In this document: positions 1 through 8,281 of the stretch, one piece after another
Layout: every line of letters begins with the position of its first letter
How positions within the stretch are numbered: position 1 is the stretch's first letter
DNA from: a virus
Taxonomy: Duplodnaviria; Heunggongvirae; Uroviricota; Caudoviricetes
DNA: 37,740 nucleotides
Direction: 5' to 3' (one strand)
IMG/VR virus record: IMGVR_UViG_2603880148_000004
The notes under the pieces: generated by a model
Told to the model about the DNA's origin: nothing
The model's database searches: none
Seen by the model: only the letters and a program-made list of their open reading frames with translations
Translations under genes and position numbers: made by a program

Positions 1-252
1 CGTCTTCTGAGCCTGCTGTCGGCCTTTGAGGTCGTGGTATGGATGACGGATGGCTGGCCGCTGTATGAATCACGCCTGAAGGGAAAGCTGCACGTTATCA
101 GCAAGCGTTACACTCAGCGCATTGAGCGACATAATCTGAATCTGAGACAACATCTGGCAAGGCTGGGACGGAAGTCGCTGTCGTTCTCAAAATCGGTGGA
201 GCTGCATGACAAGGTCATCGGGCATTATCTGAACATAAAACACTATCAGTAA
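1..252 (+). CDS. insB: IS1 transposase InsB, C-terminal fragment (N-terminus lies outside the window)
   Basis: Frame open from position 1; translation ...[72 protein letters not shown] matches IS1 InsB C-terminus from memory. Confidence 0.85.
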   Translation, partial: RLLSLLSAFEVVVWMTDGWPLYESRLKGKLHVISKRYTQRIERHNLNLRQHLARLGRKSLSFSKSVELHDKVIGHYLNIKHYQ

Positions 253-267
253 GTTGGAGTCACTACC
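1..267 (+). mobile_element. Partial IS1 (right-end portion), cut by the window edge; end of IS1 near 267
   Basis: Region encodes the InsB C-terminus; sequence ...aaacactatcagtaagttggagtcactacc matches my recollection of the IS1 terminus; inverted copy of 37472-37740. Confidence 0.85.
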
Positions 268-346
268 AGAAAGTTAGGTAAGTACATTAAAATTATCTAT
301 CCTGAACGAAGCGTCCTGAGCTATGGTTTTACTATAGAGACTGCCA

Positions 347-670
347 ATGGATGCTGGCGTTCTCGTTCTAGCAGTTCAACAATACCCAATCACAAAACAA
401 TTCACTGATAACGAACTTTGCACACTCGCCTGGTTATGGCGAGCAGGGAATGTGATGTTAATTACCTACCAGAACGTTACTCCTCTTCTTCAGGTTGCGG
501 AGCATCGTGAAGCTGGTCGCTTCACTTCTATCGAGCAAGAATATCCCCAGATACTCAATAAGGCACAGGCAATCCTTGCCAGAGAAACGGCACATGTAAA
601 ATTCCGGCCGTGGCAGGATGATAAGTGGAGTCGAGTTTTGCCGCATTTACGTTCGGATCGATTACAGTAG
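347..670 (+). CDS. Hypothetical protein, 107 aa; no recognisable family
   Basis: ORF only; in-frame stop just upstream (335-337); weak RBS; overlapped by antisense ORFs of similar size. Confidence 0.3.
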   Translation: MDAGVLVLAVQQYPITKQFTDNELCTLAWLWRAGNVMLITYQNVTPLLQVAEHREAGRFTSIEQEYPQILNKAQAILARETAHVKFRPWQDDKWSRVLPHLRSDRLQ

Positions 671-1131
671 ATTCCAATTAACAATGAGAAACACATAGCC
701 ACCCCGTGGTATTGAAACCATATAATGTTGGATTTGAAAACAGATCTTTTTCCATGTATTAATAACTACATCCCCGCGAGTGATTCAAAAAGGAGGGCCC
801 AATTTTGTCCGAGTTTTTGTATTCCCCCGCATGCCGCTGCGGAGCACTACATCTGAGTGTCTGACTAGGGGATAAAATTAGACTGGATAGTGAGAAGAAA
901 GTGGCGTGCTAGGCTGTGCCGAGTGCTACCAGTACACCCTGGGGGTGTGCAGCTTTCGCCGAGACTGTAGTGGGTATCGGTTAATGCACGAAAAACCGAG
1001 AGGTCAGACAACCAATTTGCCGTAGGATTGTTTCCGGTGCGATACCGGTGTACTAACTGAAAGCAATGCGAAAAAGCATAAACTCGGTCCTTCAGTCGCC
1101 CTACACACTATTTACTAAGAAGGGCTAAAGC

Positions 1132-1488
1132 ATGGATACAATTATCACATGGATGGGAGATCGTCTGTTGGGGTGGATAACAAACAAATCCGATCTGCGG
1201 CAGAGGGCAATCACTGGATTAACTCCTGCGATTTATTCAACAATTTTATATACTGAAAAATTAAAACGTGGTGAGCCTAATAACCCAAACGAAGAAGAAA
1301 AACTTTATAGGCTTTGGTATGAAGCGTCTTCCCAAGTCGTAGACTTTGATCGAGAGCTGGCTAAAAGATGTTTAGATAAATCAGAATATTGGCTTCATTC
1401 TGAATTATATAGCCCTGAGAAAGTTGGAGAGCTAAACATTTCTTTGGTTGGTATGAAGGCAACGCTTGAAGGAATAAAGCACAATTAA
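1132..1488 (+). CDS. Hypothetical protein, 118 aa, AT-rich orphan gene
   Basis: ORF with plausible RBS (aaggg) upstream; visibly AT-rich codon usage compared with neighbouring phage genes; no recognisable family. Confidence 0.5.
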   Translation: MDTIITWMGDRLLGWITNKSDLRQRAITGLTPAIYSTILYTEKLKRGEPNNPNEEEKLYRLWYEASSQVVDFDRELAKRCLDKSEYWLHSELYSPEKVGELNISLVGMKATLEGIKHN

Positions 1489-1675
1489 AACCTTTGATTT
1501 GCGATAATCAACTCGCCATAATCATGTCATCGGAGCCTGAACAACTCCGGTGACTTCTGCGCTAAACGGGGACGTTTATGCGCACACACAATCCAAACTC
1601 TCTTCTCCCTCCACAGATGCAGAAATGCACCTGCGATATATTGTATCCAGCGTTTGACCTCTGCGGAGGTGAAGC

Positions 1676-2131
1676 GTGAATCTCCCACAAGATGGCATCA
1701 AATTACATCGCGGTAACTTCACCGCTATCGGTCGGCAGATCCAGCCTTATCTGGAGGAGGGCAAATGCTTTCGCATGGTGCTTAAACCGTGGCGTGAGAA
1801 ACGCAGTCTTTCCCAGAATGCACTCAGCCACATGTGGTACAGCGAAATCAGTGAATACCTCATCAGCAGGGGGAAAACGTTCGCTACTCCAGCTTGGGTA
1901 AAAGATGCTCTCAAACACACATATCTCGGTTATGAAACCAAAGACCTGGTTGATGTTGTAACCGGTGATATCACCACTATCCAGTCGTTACGCCATACCT
2001 CCGATCTTGATACCGGAGAGATGTATGTCTTCCTGTGTAAGGTTGAAGCCTGGGCGGTGAATATTGGCTGCCACCTGACTATTCCGCAGAGCTGCGAGTT
2101 CCAGCTGCTCCGCGACAAGCAGGAGGCGTAA
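1676..2131 (+). CDS. ybcN: YbcN-like nin-region protein (DLP12 YbcN family), 151 aa
   Basis: GTG start with RBS ggaggtg; translation [15 protein letters not shown]... matches K-12 DLP12 YbcN as I recall it; followed by ninE-ybcO-rusA as in DLP12. Confidence 0.8.
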   Translation: MNLPQDGIKLHRGNFTAIGRQIQPYLEEGKCFRMVLKPWREKRSLSQNALSHMWYSEISEYLISRGKTFATPAWVKDALKHTYLGYETKDLVDVVTGDITTIQSLRHTSDLDTGEMYVFLCKVEAWAVNIGCHLTIPQSCEFQLLRDKQEA

Positions 2132-2301
2132 TGGCTACACCGCTTATTCGTGTCATGAACGGACACATCTACAGAGTACCAGATCGTCGTAAGCGTAAAC
2201 CGGAGCTGAAGCCTTCCGAAATACCAACACTGCTCGGATATACCGCCAGCCTGGTTGATAAAAAATGGTTGCGACTGGCAGCAAGGAGGAATCATGGCTG
2301 A
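2131..2301 (+). CDS. ninE: NinE-like protein, 56 aa
   Basis: Manually translated small [59 protein letters not shown]; start overlaps ybcN stop (TAATG); conserved nin-region position. Confidence 0.7.
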   Translation: MATPLIRVMNGHIYRVPDRRKRKPELKPSEIPTLLGYTASLVDKKWLRLAARRNHG

Positions 2302-2584
2302 TTTGAGAAAAGCAGCGCGTAGTCGGGAATGCCAGGTAAGAATCCCTGGCGTATGTAATGGCAACCCTGAAACGTCTGTACTGGCACATATCCGGCTGAC
2401 TGGATTGTGCGGCACCGGTACCAAACCGCCAGACCTGATTGCCACCATTGCATGTTCTGCCTGCCACGACGAAATCGACCGCCGCACACATTTTGTCGAT
2501 GCTGCATATGCAAAAGAATGCGCGCTGGAAGGTATGGCGAGAACACAGGTTATCTGGCTGAAAGAGGGGGTTATTAAGGCGTGA
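2294..2584 (+). CDS. ybcO: YbcO-like nin-region protein (putative nuclease), 96 aa
   Basis: ATG at 2294 preceded by RBS aaggagga; [28 protein letters not shown]... with Cys-rich motif; DLP12 gene order. Confidence 0.8.
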   Translation: MADLRKAARSRECQVRIPGVCNGNPETSVLAHIRLTGLCGTGTKPPDLIATIACSACHDEIDRRTHFVDAAYAKECALEGMARTQVIWLKEGVIKA

Positions 2585-2943
2585 ATACTTACCACATCAC
2601 ACTACCCTGGCCGCCGAGCAATAACCGCTACTACCGCCATAATCGAGGGCGCACGCACATCAGCGCAGAAGGGCAGGCATACCGCGATAACGTCGCCCGA
2701 ATCATTAAAGGCTCAATGCTGGATATCGGTCTGGCTATGCCTGTGAAAATCCGCATTGAGTGCCACATGCCGGATCGCCGTCGCCGTGACCTGGATAATC
2801 TGCAAAAAGCCGCTTTTGACGCACTCACTAAAGCAGGTTTCTGGCTGGATGATGAGCTGGTCGTTGATTACCGCGTTGTGAAGATGCCTGTTACCAAAGG
2901 TGGGAAGCTGGAACTGACCATCACTGAACTGGGAGATGAATGA
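2581..2943 (+). CDS. rusA: RusA Holliday-junction resolvase, 120 aa
   Basis: [26 protein letters not shown]... matches E. coli RusA from memory; length 120 aa. Confidence 0.9.
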   Translation: MNTYHITLPWPPSNNRYYRHNRGRTHISAEGQAYRDNVARIIKGSMLDIGLAMPVKIRIECHMPDRRRRDLDNLQKAAFDALTKAGFWLDDELVVDYRVVKMPVTKGGKLELTITELGDE

Positions 2944-3080
2944 TGTTTGAGTCTTATATGGCAGAACGTCTTCGCCGCCGCTGGGTGCGCCTGCGCTTAT
3001 ATCGTTTCCCCGGTTCTGTTTTGACCGATTACCGAATACTGAAGAGTTACGCCAAAACCCTGACAGGAGCAGGAGTATGA
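2940..3080 (+). CDS. ylcG: YlcG-like small protein, 46 aa
   Basis: Manually translated [46 protein letters not shown]; overlaps rusA stop; DLP12 gene order. Confidence 0.6.
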   Translation: MMFESYMAERLRRRWVRLRLYRFPGSVLTDYRILKSYAKTLTGAGV

Positions 3081-3165
3081 AGTCAGAGATAACAATCAAC
3101 TAATACTGTTTTGTTGATTTTTGCTTGTAATTGGCGTTTTGGTCTGATTTTTGTGGAGTAAGTTG

Positions 3166-3549
3166 ATGCGTGATATTCAGATGGTTCTTGAGCGTTGGGG
3201 AGCGTGGGCGGCTAATAATCATGAAGATGTGACCTGGTCGTCCATTGCCGCCGGTTTTAAGGGATTAATTCCTTCAAAAGTAAAATCTCGCCCGCAATGT
3301 TGTGACGATGACGCGATGATCATTTGCGGGTGCATGGCCCGTCTGAAAAAGAACAACAGCGATTTGCACGATTTATTAGTAGATTATTATATAGTCGGTA
3401 TGACATTCATGTCACTGGCAGGTAAGCATTGCTGCTCTGATGGTTATATCGGGAAAAGGTTACAAAAGGCTGAGGGCATAATTGAAGGGATGTTAATGGC
3501 ATTAGATATCCGGTTAGAGATGGATATCGTTGTTAATAACTCTAATTAA
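3166..3549 (+). CDS. quuD: Late-gene antiterminator Q (QuuD type), 127 aa
   Basis: ATG at 3166 with RBS ggagt; [24 protein letters not shown]... matches DLP12 QuuD from memory; Cys-rich zinc-binding motif; placed before lysis genes. Confidence 0.85.
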   Translation: MRDIQMVLERWGAWAANNHEDVTWSSIAAGFKGLIPSKVKSRPQCCDDDAMIICGCMARLKKNNSDLHDLLVDYYIVGMTFMSLAGKHCCSDGYIGKRLQKAEGIIEGMLMALDIRLEMDIVVNNSN

Positions 3550-3570
3550 TACGCCAATTATTTACTAAAA

Positions 3571-3601
3571 GTTATTAAAAATGGGGCGTTGAAACGCCCC
3601 C
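3571..3601 (-). terminator. Putative intrinsic terminator for the minus-strand porin transcript
   Basis: Hairpin ggggcg/ttgaaa/cgcccc; on the minus strand it is followed by a T-rich run (atttttaat). Confidence 0.4.
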
Positions 3602-3688
3602 AAAAATAAAGGGTAATATATAACAGAAGATTTGTATAGTTAGAAGCAAGGTTGTGCTTCTAAAGGAAGTGGCTTGAGGGAGCCACTT

Positions 3689-3726
3689 ATATGTTGGGGA
3701 GGCAAAGCCTCCCACAACATATCTTT
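3689..3726 (+). terminator. Near-perfect palindrome, possible plus-strand terminator (tR'-like) or bidirectional terminator
   Basis: atatgttggggagg-caaag-cctcccacaacatat followed by ctttt; lies between Q and the 3' end of the porin gene. Confidence 0.3.
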
Positions 3727-3737
3727 TAGTAATCAAA

Positions 3738-4820
3738 TTAGAACTGGTAAACCATACCTACAGCAACGATATCATCGGTAGCAACGCCAGATGCTTTCGT
3801 GAAATCGCTCTTATCAATCAGGTTGATTTTGTAGTCAACAAAAGTGGACATATTTTTGTTGAAGTAATAGGTTGCACCTACATCAACATACTCAACCAGG
3901 TCCTGATCACCCCAAACACCCAAGTCTTTTCCTTTAGAATGCAGGTAAGCAACGGATGGACGCAGGCCGAAGTCGAACTGATATTGTGCAACAGCTTCGA
4001 AGTTTTGTGCTTTGTTGGCAATATGGTTATTACCAAAAACAGTCATGTTCTGGGTTTCAGAATAGGTGGTGGCCAGATAGATGTTGTTCGCATCATATTT
4101 CAGACCAGCTGCCCATACTTCAGCATTTTGACCAGAAGCATTCAGACCGTTGTTACCGTAGATAACCTGATTATTAGTGCGATCAGATTTAGCATAGGTT
4201 GCACCCACGCCGAATCCTTCATACTCATAAGTAGTTGAGAAACCGAAACCATCGCCATTAGCTTCAGTTACTTCATTTCGGTCATTTTTGCCCTGATACT
4301 GAGCTGCAAAGTTCAGGCCATCAACCAGACCAAAGAAGTCGTTGTTACGATAAGTTGCAACACCTGTGGTGCGACCAGTCATGAATACATCTGTTTGGGT
4401 CCAGGTATCGCCACCGAATTCTGGCAGAACGTCGGTCCATGCACCAATATCGTATGCTACACCGTAGTTACGGCCATAATCGATGGAGCCGTAGTCACCG
4501 AATTTCAGGCCAGCGAAGGCAAGACGGGTTTTATCTTTGGAGGAACCTTGAGATTCAGCGCGGTTGCCTTTGAATTCATATTCCCACTGACCGAAACCAG
4601 TCAGTTGATCGTTGATTTGGGTTTCACCTTTGAAGCCAAGACGGGCATAAGTAGTATCACCATCATCTGCATCATTAGAGGAGAAGTAGTGCTTAGCATT
4701 AACTTTCCCGTACAGATCCAGCTTGTTACTGTCTTTATTATAAATTTCAGCTGCCTGAGCAGACATCGCCATCAGTACTGATGCAGCTACAGCAGAAATT
4801 GCCACTGTTAATTTTTTCAT
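3738..4820 (-). CDS. nmpC: Outer-membrane general porin, NmpC/Lc family (lysogenic-conversion porin), 360 aa
   Basis: [23 protein letters not shown] signal peptide then [16 protein letters not shown]... and C-terminal ...VGMVYQF typical of OmpC/NmpC porins; start chosen at MKK (4820), not the upstream in-frame extension. Confidence 0.9.
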   Translation of the reverse strand: MKKLTVAISAVAASVLMAMSAQAAEIYNKDSNKLDLYGKVNAKHYFSSNDADDGDTTYARLGFKGETQINDQLTGFGQWEYEFKGNRAESQGSSKDKTRLAFAGLKFGDYGSIDYGRNYGVAYDIGAWTDVLPEFGGDTWTQTDVFMTGRTTGVATYRNNDFFGLVDGLNFAAQYQGKNDRNEVTEANGDGFGFSTTYEYEGFGVGATYAKSDRTNNQVIYGNNGLNASGQNAEVWAAGLKYDANNIYLATTYSETQNMTVFGNNHIANKAQNFEAVAQYQFDFGLRPSVAYLHSKGKDLGVWGDQDLVEYVDVGATYYFNKNMSTFVDYKINLIDKSDFTKASGVATDDIVAVGMVYQF

Positions 4821-5245
4821 CGTGAGACCTTTTTTTGAACATTTATTAAAAAATGATGCCCTGCGCGACAAATATTCATCTAATCAATGTGATTAATTCA
4901 AGATGTAAGTTTTAGATTCTTATTTAAATTGTGATCTAGATCTCTATTTTTATCTGAACTTTTTCTAATGCATGCTGTGCATGACTATTCTCTGAAAGAA
5001 AATAAATTTGGTAGCTAAATTATATTAAAGGTTGTTATTTATAAGTGTTCTATAATTCATCTCTTTAATTTAAATTCACTGAAAATAACGTCGGAAATTA
5101 TTTAATGATTATTTGTTTATTTTTCCTTATGTGATTGTGGTGGTGTTTTGAACACTCGATATCATTCTCACAAATATTGTTTAGAGGTTTACGTACGTAA
5201 AAAATTGGTTATGCTGTTAAGAGTGGTTACTTCGCCACACAGCTT
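4821..5245. promoter_or_regulatory. AT-rich intergenic region: porin promoter (minus strand) and possibly a phage late promoter (plus strand)
   Basis: 425 bp strongly AT-rich without ORFs upstream of the porin start; followed by a plus-strand terminator. Confidence 0.3.
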
Positions 5246-5272
5246 AAACCCGCCGTCGAGCGGGTTTTTTTG
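5246..5272 (+). terminator. Rho-independent terminator (candidate tR'-like terminator before the late genes)
   Basis: Hairpin acccgc-cgtcga-gcggg followed by seven T residues on the plus strand. Confidence 0.55.
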
Positions 5273-5394
5273 TACCTGTAAACCTGGTGCAGTACGGTAA
5301 ACACGCTGGTGGTCGTGAATACTGACTTTTTATCTTGCTGGCTTTTTAGACAAGAGTTATTGGTATGTCATGTTAACCATGAAGGTAAAAAGAC

Positions 5395-5589
5395 ATGCTA
5401 AAACAGCTAGATATGACAGAAACGGCGAAAGTTGTTTTTAATGAATTAAACGGCAAACCGGCAACAGTCGGGGAGATTGCACAAAACACATACCTTTCAC
5501 GCGAACGCTGTCAGTTAATACTGACCCAGCTGGTTATGGCGGGGCTGGCAGATTACCAGTTCGGCTGTTACAGACGCCTTCAGCAATGA
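5395..5589 (+). CDS. Hypothetical small protein, 64 aa
   Basis: ORF with moderate RBS; same strand and immediately upstream of the methyltransferase gene. Confidence 0.45.
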   Translation: MLKQLDMTETAKVVFNELNGKPATVGEIAQNTYLSRERCQLILTQLVMAGLADYQFGCYRRLQQ

Positions 5590-5738
5590 AGGGCTTTTAA
5601 TTTGTGAAAATGGGCGGCTGGTGGGTGTTGGTAGCACCTGCCAGCCATTCGCTCATGCTTACTGGTCACAAGCGAACCACGGCCCACTGCTTTAGCGCAA
5701 AAGCAGAGTGAGCCTACCAGAGTTACGCTTACTGATCC

Positions 5739-6791
5739 ATGAAAAATACTGTGAAAATAAACAGTGCTGATTTAATCAACGCTGATTGCCTGCATTTTAT
5801 TCAGTCCCTGCCTGATGATTCCATTGACCTGATTGTTACCGATCCGCCGTACTTCAAGGTGAAACCCAACGGTTGGGACAATCAGTGGAAAGGGGACGAA
5901 GATTACCTGAAGTGGCTGGACCACTGTCTGGCTCAGTTCTGGCGGGGGCTGAAACCTGCCGGAAGCCTTTACCTGTTCTGTGGACATCGCCTCGCATCTG
6001 ATATCGAGATCATGATGCGTGAACGTTTCAACGTTCTTAACCATATTATCTGGGCGAAGCCGTCCGGACGATGGAACGGGTGTAATAAAGAAAGTCTGCG
6101 CGCATATTTTCCCGCAACAGAACGCGTTCTGTTTGCTGAACATTACCAGGGACCATATCGCGGCAAAAGTGACGGCTATGCGGCAAAAGAAAGTCAACTC
6201 AAACAGCACATAATGGCACCGCTGATTTCGTATTTCAGGGATGCTCGTGCCGAACTGGGTATAACGGCAAAACAGATTGCCGAAGCCACTGGTAAGAAAA
6301 ATATGGTTTCCCACTGGTTTGGTGCCAGTCAGTGGCAGTTGCCGAATGAGGCTGACTACCGGAAGTTGCAGGCACTGTTTTCCCGTATAGCGGCAGAGAA
6401 ATTTCAGGAACAACAACTGGAACAACCACACCACCAGCTGGTGGCATCTTATGATTCACTGAATCGCAAATATTCTGAATTGCTGGATGAGTTTAAAACT
6501 CTCCGGCGCTATTTCTCCGTATCAGTTTCCGTGCCTTATACCGACGTCTGGACGCATAAACCCGTTCAGTTCTACCCGGGTAAACATCCGTGTGAGAAGC
6601 CTGCGGATATGCTCCGGCAAATAATCAGTGCCAGTAGTCGACAAGGCGATCTGGTTGCTGATTTCTTTATGGGATCCGGTTCCACAATAAAAGCGGCAAT
6701 GGCGCTGGGGCGTCGGGCGTTAGGTGTTGAACTTGAGTCAGAGCGGTTTAATCAGACGGTGAAAGAGGTAAGTGAACTGGTGGGGAAATAA
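5739..6791 (+). CDS. Orphan DNA methyltransferase, beta class (N6-adenine or N4-cytosine), 350 aa
   Basis: DPPY motif (LIVTDPPYF) near the N-terminus and FxGxG SAM-binding motif (VADFFMGSGST) near the C-terminus; no adjacent restriction endonuclease gene. Confidence 0.85.
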   Translation: MKNTVKINSADLINADCLHFIQSLPDDSIDLIVTDPPYFKVKPNGWDNQWKGDEDYLKWLDHCLAQFWRGLKPAGSLYLFCGHRLASDIEIMMRERFNVLNHIIWAKPSGRWNGCNKESLRAYFPATERVLFAEHYQGPYRGKSDGYAAKESQLKQHIMAPLISYFRDARAELGITAKQIAEATGKKNMVSHWFGASQWQLPNEADYRKLQALFSRIAAEKFQEQQLEQPHHQLVASYDSLNRKYSELLDEFKTLRRYFSVSVSVPYTDVWTHKPVQFYPGKHPCEKPADMLRQIISASSRQGDLVADFFMGSGSTIKAAMALGRRALGVELESERFNQTVKEVSELVGK

Positions 6792-6867
6792 TTCTGGTGG
6801 CCACGTTGCGTGGCCTTTTTATTTCCAACACAGCACCCGCAAATATCGCGAGGTGAGAGATGACGAA

Positions 6868-7203
6868 ATGCCTCATAACCCAAATACCTGGCCGGACTGG
6901 CTGGAGTTGTTTCAGAGCTGGTGGCGTGGAGATACGCCGCTGGGCGCAGTGATTATGTCGATTGTTATGGCTGGGTTGCGCATCGCCTATTTTGGCGGTG
7001 GTGGTGGCTGGAAGCGAAAAACGCTCGAGATTTTGCTATGTGGCGCTCTGACGTTGACCTTTGCATCCGCGCTTGAGTATGTCGGATGGCCTAAATCGCT
7101 TTCTGTTGCCATTGGTGGTGGGGTGGGGCTGATCGGTGTCGATGCTATTCGTGGTGCGGCAATGAGGGTCATCGGTAACAAGTTCGGTGCCCATAAGGAG
7201 TAA
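6868..7203 (+). CDS. Putative holin, about 111 aa (start uncertain; ORF open from 6772)
   Basis: Directly precedes the R endolysin; hydrophobic segments (GAVIMSIVMAGLRIAYF, LEILLCGALTLTFASALEYVGW, AIGGGVGLIGV) and charged C-terminus; RBS gaggtgagag upstream of ATG 6868. Confidence 0.6.
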   Translation: MPHNPNTWPDWLELFQSWWRGDTPLGAVIMSIVMAGLRIAYFGGGGGWKRKTLEILLCGALTLTFASALEYVGWPKSLSVAIGGGVGLIGVDAIRGAAMRVIGNKFGAHKE

Positions 7204-7206
7204 TTA

Positions 7207-7683
7207 ATGCAGACACTTAATTCCCAGCGTAAAGCTTTCCTTGATATGGTGGCATGGTCAGAAGGAACAGATAACGGACGGCAGAAAACCAGAAATCACG
7301 GTTATGATGTTATTGTCGGTGGCGAACTGTTCACTGATTACTCCGATCACCCCCGCAAACTTGTCACGCTAAATCCGAAACTCAAATCAACAGCCGCTGG
7401 ACGTTACCAGCTTCTTTCACGCTGGTGGGATGCCTACCGCAAGCAACTTGGCCTGAAAGATTTTTCTCCAGAAAGTCAGGATGCTGTAGCGCTGCAGCAG
7501 ATTAAAGAGCGTGGCGCTTTGCCGATGATTGATCGCGGTGATATCCGTCAGGCTATCGACCGTTGCAGCAATATATGGGCTTCACTGCCGGGCGCTGGTT
7601 ATGGTCAGTTCGAGCATAAGGCTGACAGTCTGATTGCAAAATTCAAAGAAGCTGGCGGAACGGTCAGAGAGATTGAGGTATGA
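7207..7683 (+). CDS. R: Endolysin, lambda R-type lytic transglycosylase, 158 aa
   Basis: ...[47 protein letters not shown]... nearly identical to lambda R as I recall it. Confidence 0.92.
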   Translation: MQTLNSQRKAFLDMVAWSEGTDNGRQKTRNHGYDVIVGGELFTDYSDHPRKLVTLNPKLKSTAAGRYQLLSRWWDAYRKQLGLKDFSPESQDAVALQQIKERGALPMIDRGDIRQAIDRCSNIWASLPGAGYGQFEHKADSLIAKFKEAGGTVREIEV

Positions 7684-8144
7684 GCAGAGTAACCGCGATT
7701 ATCTCCGCTCTGGTTATCTGCATCGTCGTCTGCCTGTCATGGGGTGTTAATCATTACCGTGATAACGCCATCGCCTACAAAGAACAGCGCGACAAAAATG
7801 CCAGAGAACTGAAGCTGGCGAACGCGGCAATTACTGACATGCAGATGCGTCAGCGTGATGTTGCTGCGCTCGATGCAAAATACACGAAGGAGTTAGCTGA
7901 TGCGAAAGCTGAAAATGATGTTCTGCGTGATGATGTTGCCGCTGGTCGTCGTCGGTTGCACATCAAAGCAGTCTGTCAGTCAGTGCGTGAAGCCACCACC
8001 GCCTCCGGCGTGGATAATGCAGCCTCCCCCCGACTGGCAGACACCGCTGAACGGGATTATTTCACCCTCCGGGAACGACTGGTAATGATGCAGGCCCAAC
8101 TTGAAGGTGCTCAGCAATACATAACCGAGCAGTGTTTAAAGTAA
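7680..8144 (+). CDS. Rz: Spanin, inner-membrane subunit Rz, 154 aa
   Basis: N-terminal TMD then coiled-coil; lambda Rz-like; start overlaps R stop. Confidence 0.9.
   Translation: MSRVTAIISALVICIVVCLSWGVNHYRDNAIAYKEQRDKNARELKLANAAITDMQMRQRDVAALDAKYTKELADAKAENDVLRDDVAAGRRRLHIKAVCQSVREATTASGVDNAASPRLADTAERDYFTLRERLVMMQAQLEGAQQYITEQCLK
7900..8085 (+). CDS. Rz1: Spanin, outer-membrane lipoprotein subunit Rz1, embedded in Rz in the +1 frame, 61 aa
   Basis: [24 protein letters not shown]... lipobox LVVVGC, proline-rich [15 protein letters not shown]; matches lambda Rz1 from memory. Confidence 0.85.
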   Translation: MRKLKMMFCVMMLPLVVVGCTSKQSVSQCVKPPPPPAWIMQPPPDWQTPLNGIISPSGNDW

Positions 8145-8281
8145 AATCTTAACTACAATATGATTCATTTTGATGATTGTTTCATAAGGAACAGTGAAGT
8201 AAGATCTAAGAGGAGTTAAATTTTATACAGTATAATCATAATATTGCAGCAAGGTGGTTATAATTGAAAGAATATTTAGAT

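Noticed and set aside
700-1130. Retron msr/msd or tRNA-like element in the ORF-free stretch
   Set aside because: No reverse transcriptase gene adjacent and no clear flanking inverted repeats or cloverleaf found by eye; kept only as an unexplained non-coding stretch in the findings
1930-2595. 221-aa minus-strand ORF overlapping ninE, ybcO and rusA
   Set aside because: Antisense to three well-supported conserved nin-region genes; no RBS and no recognisable protein features; interpreted as a shadow ORF
3939-4781. Plus-strand ORFs (99 aa and 128 aa) inside the porin gene
   Set aside because: Antisense to a clearly recognisable porin; low-complexity translations
3550-5394. tRNA genes or Shiga-toxin genes downstream of Q, as in Stx phages
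   Set aside because: No cloverleaf-compatible sequence noticed by eye and no stx-like ORFs; the region holds a porin gene and terminators; a tRNAscan run would settle the tRNA question
5772-6434. 220-aa minus-strand ORF inside the methyltransferase gene
   Set aside because: Antisense to an ORF with unambiguous methyltransferase motifs; no independent support
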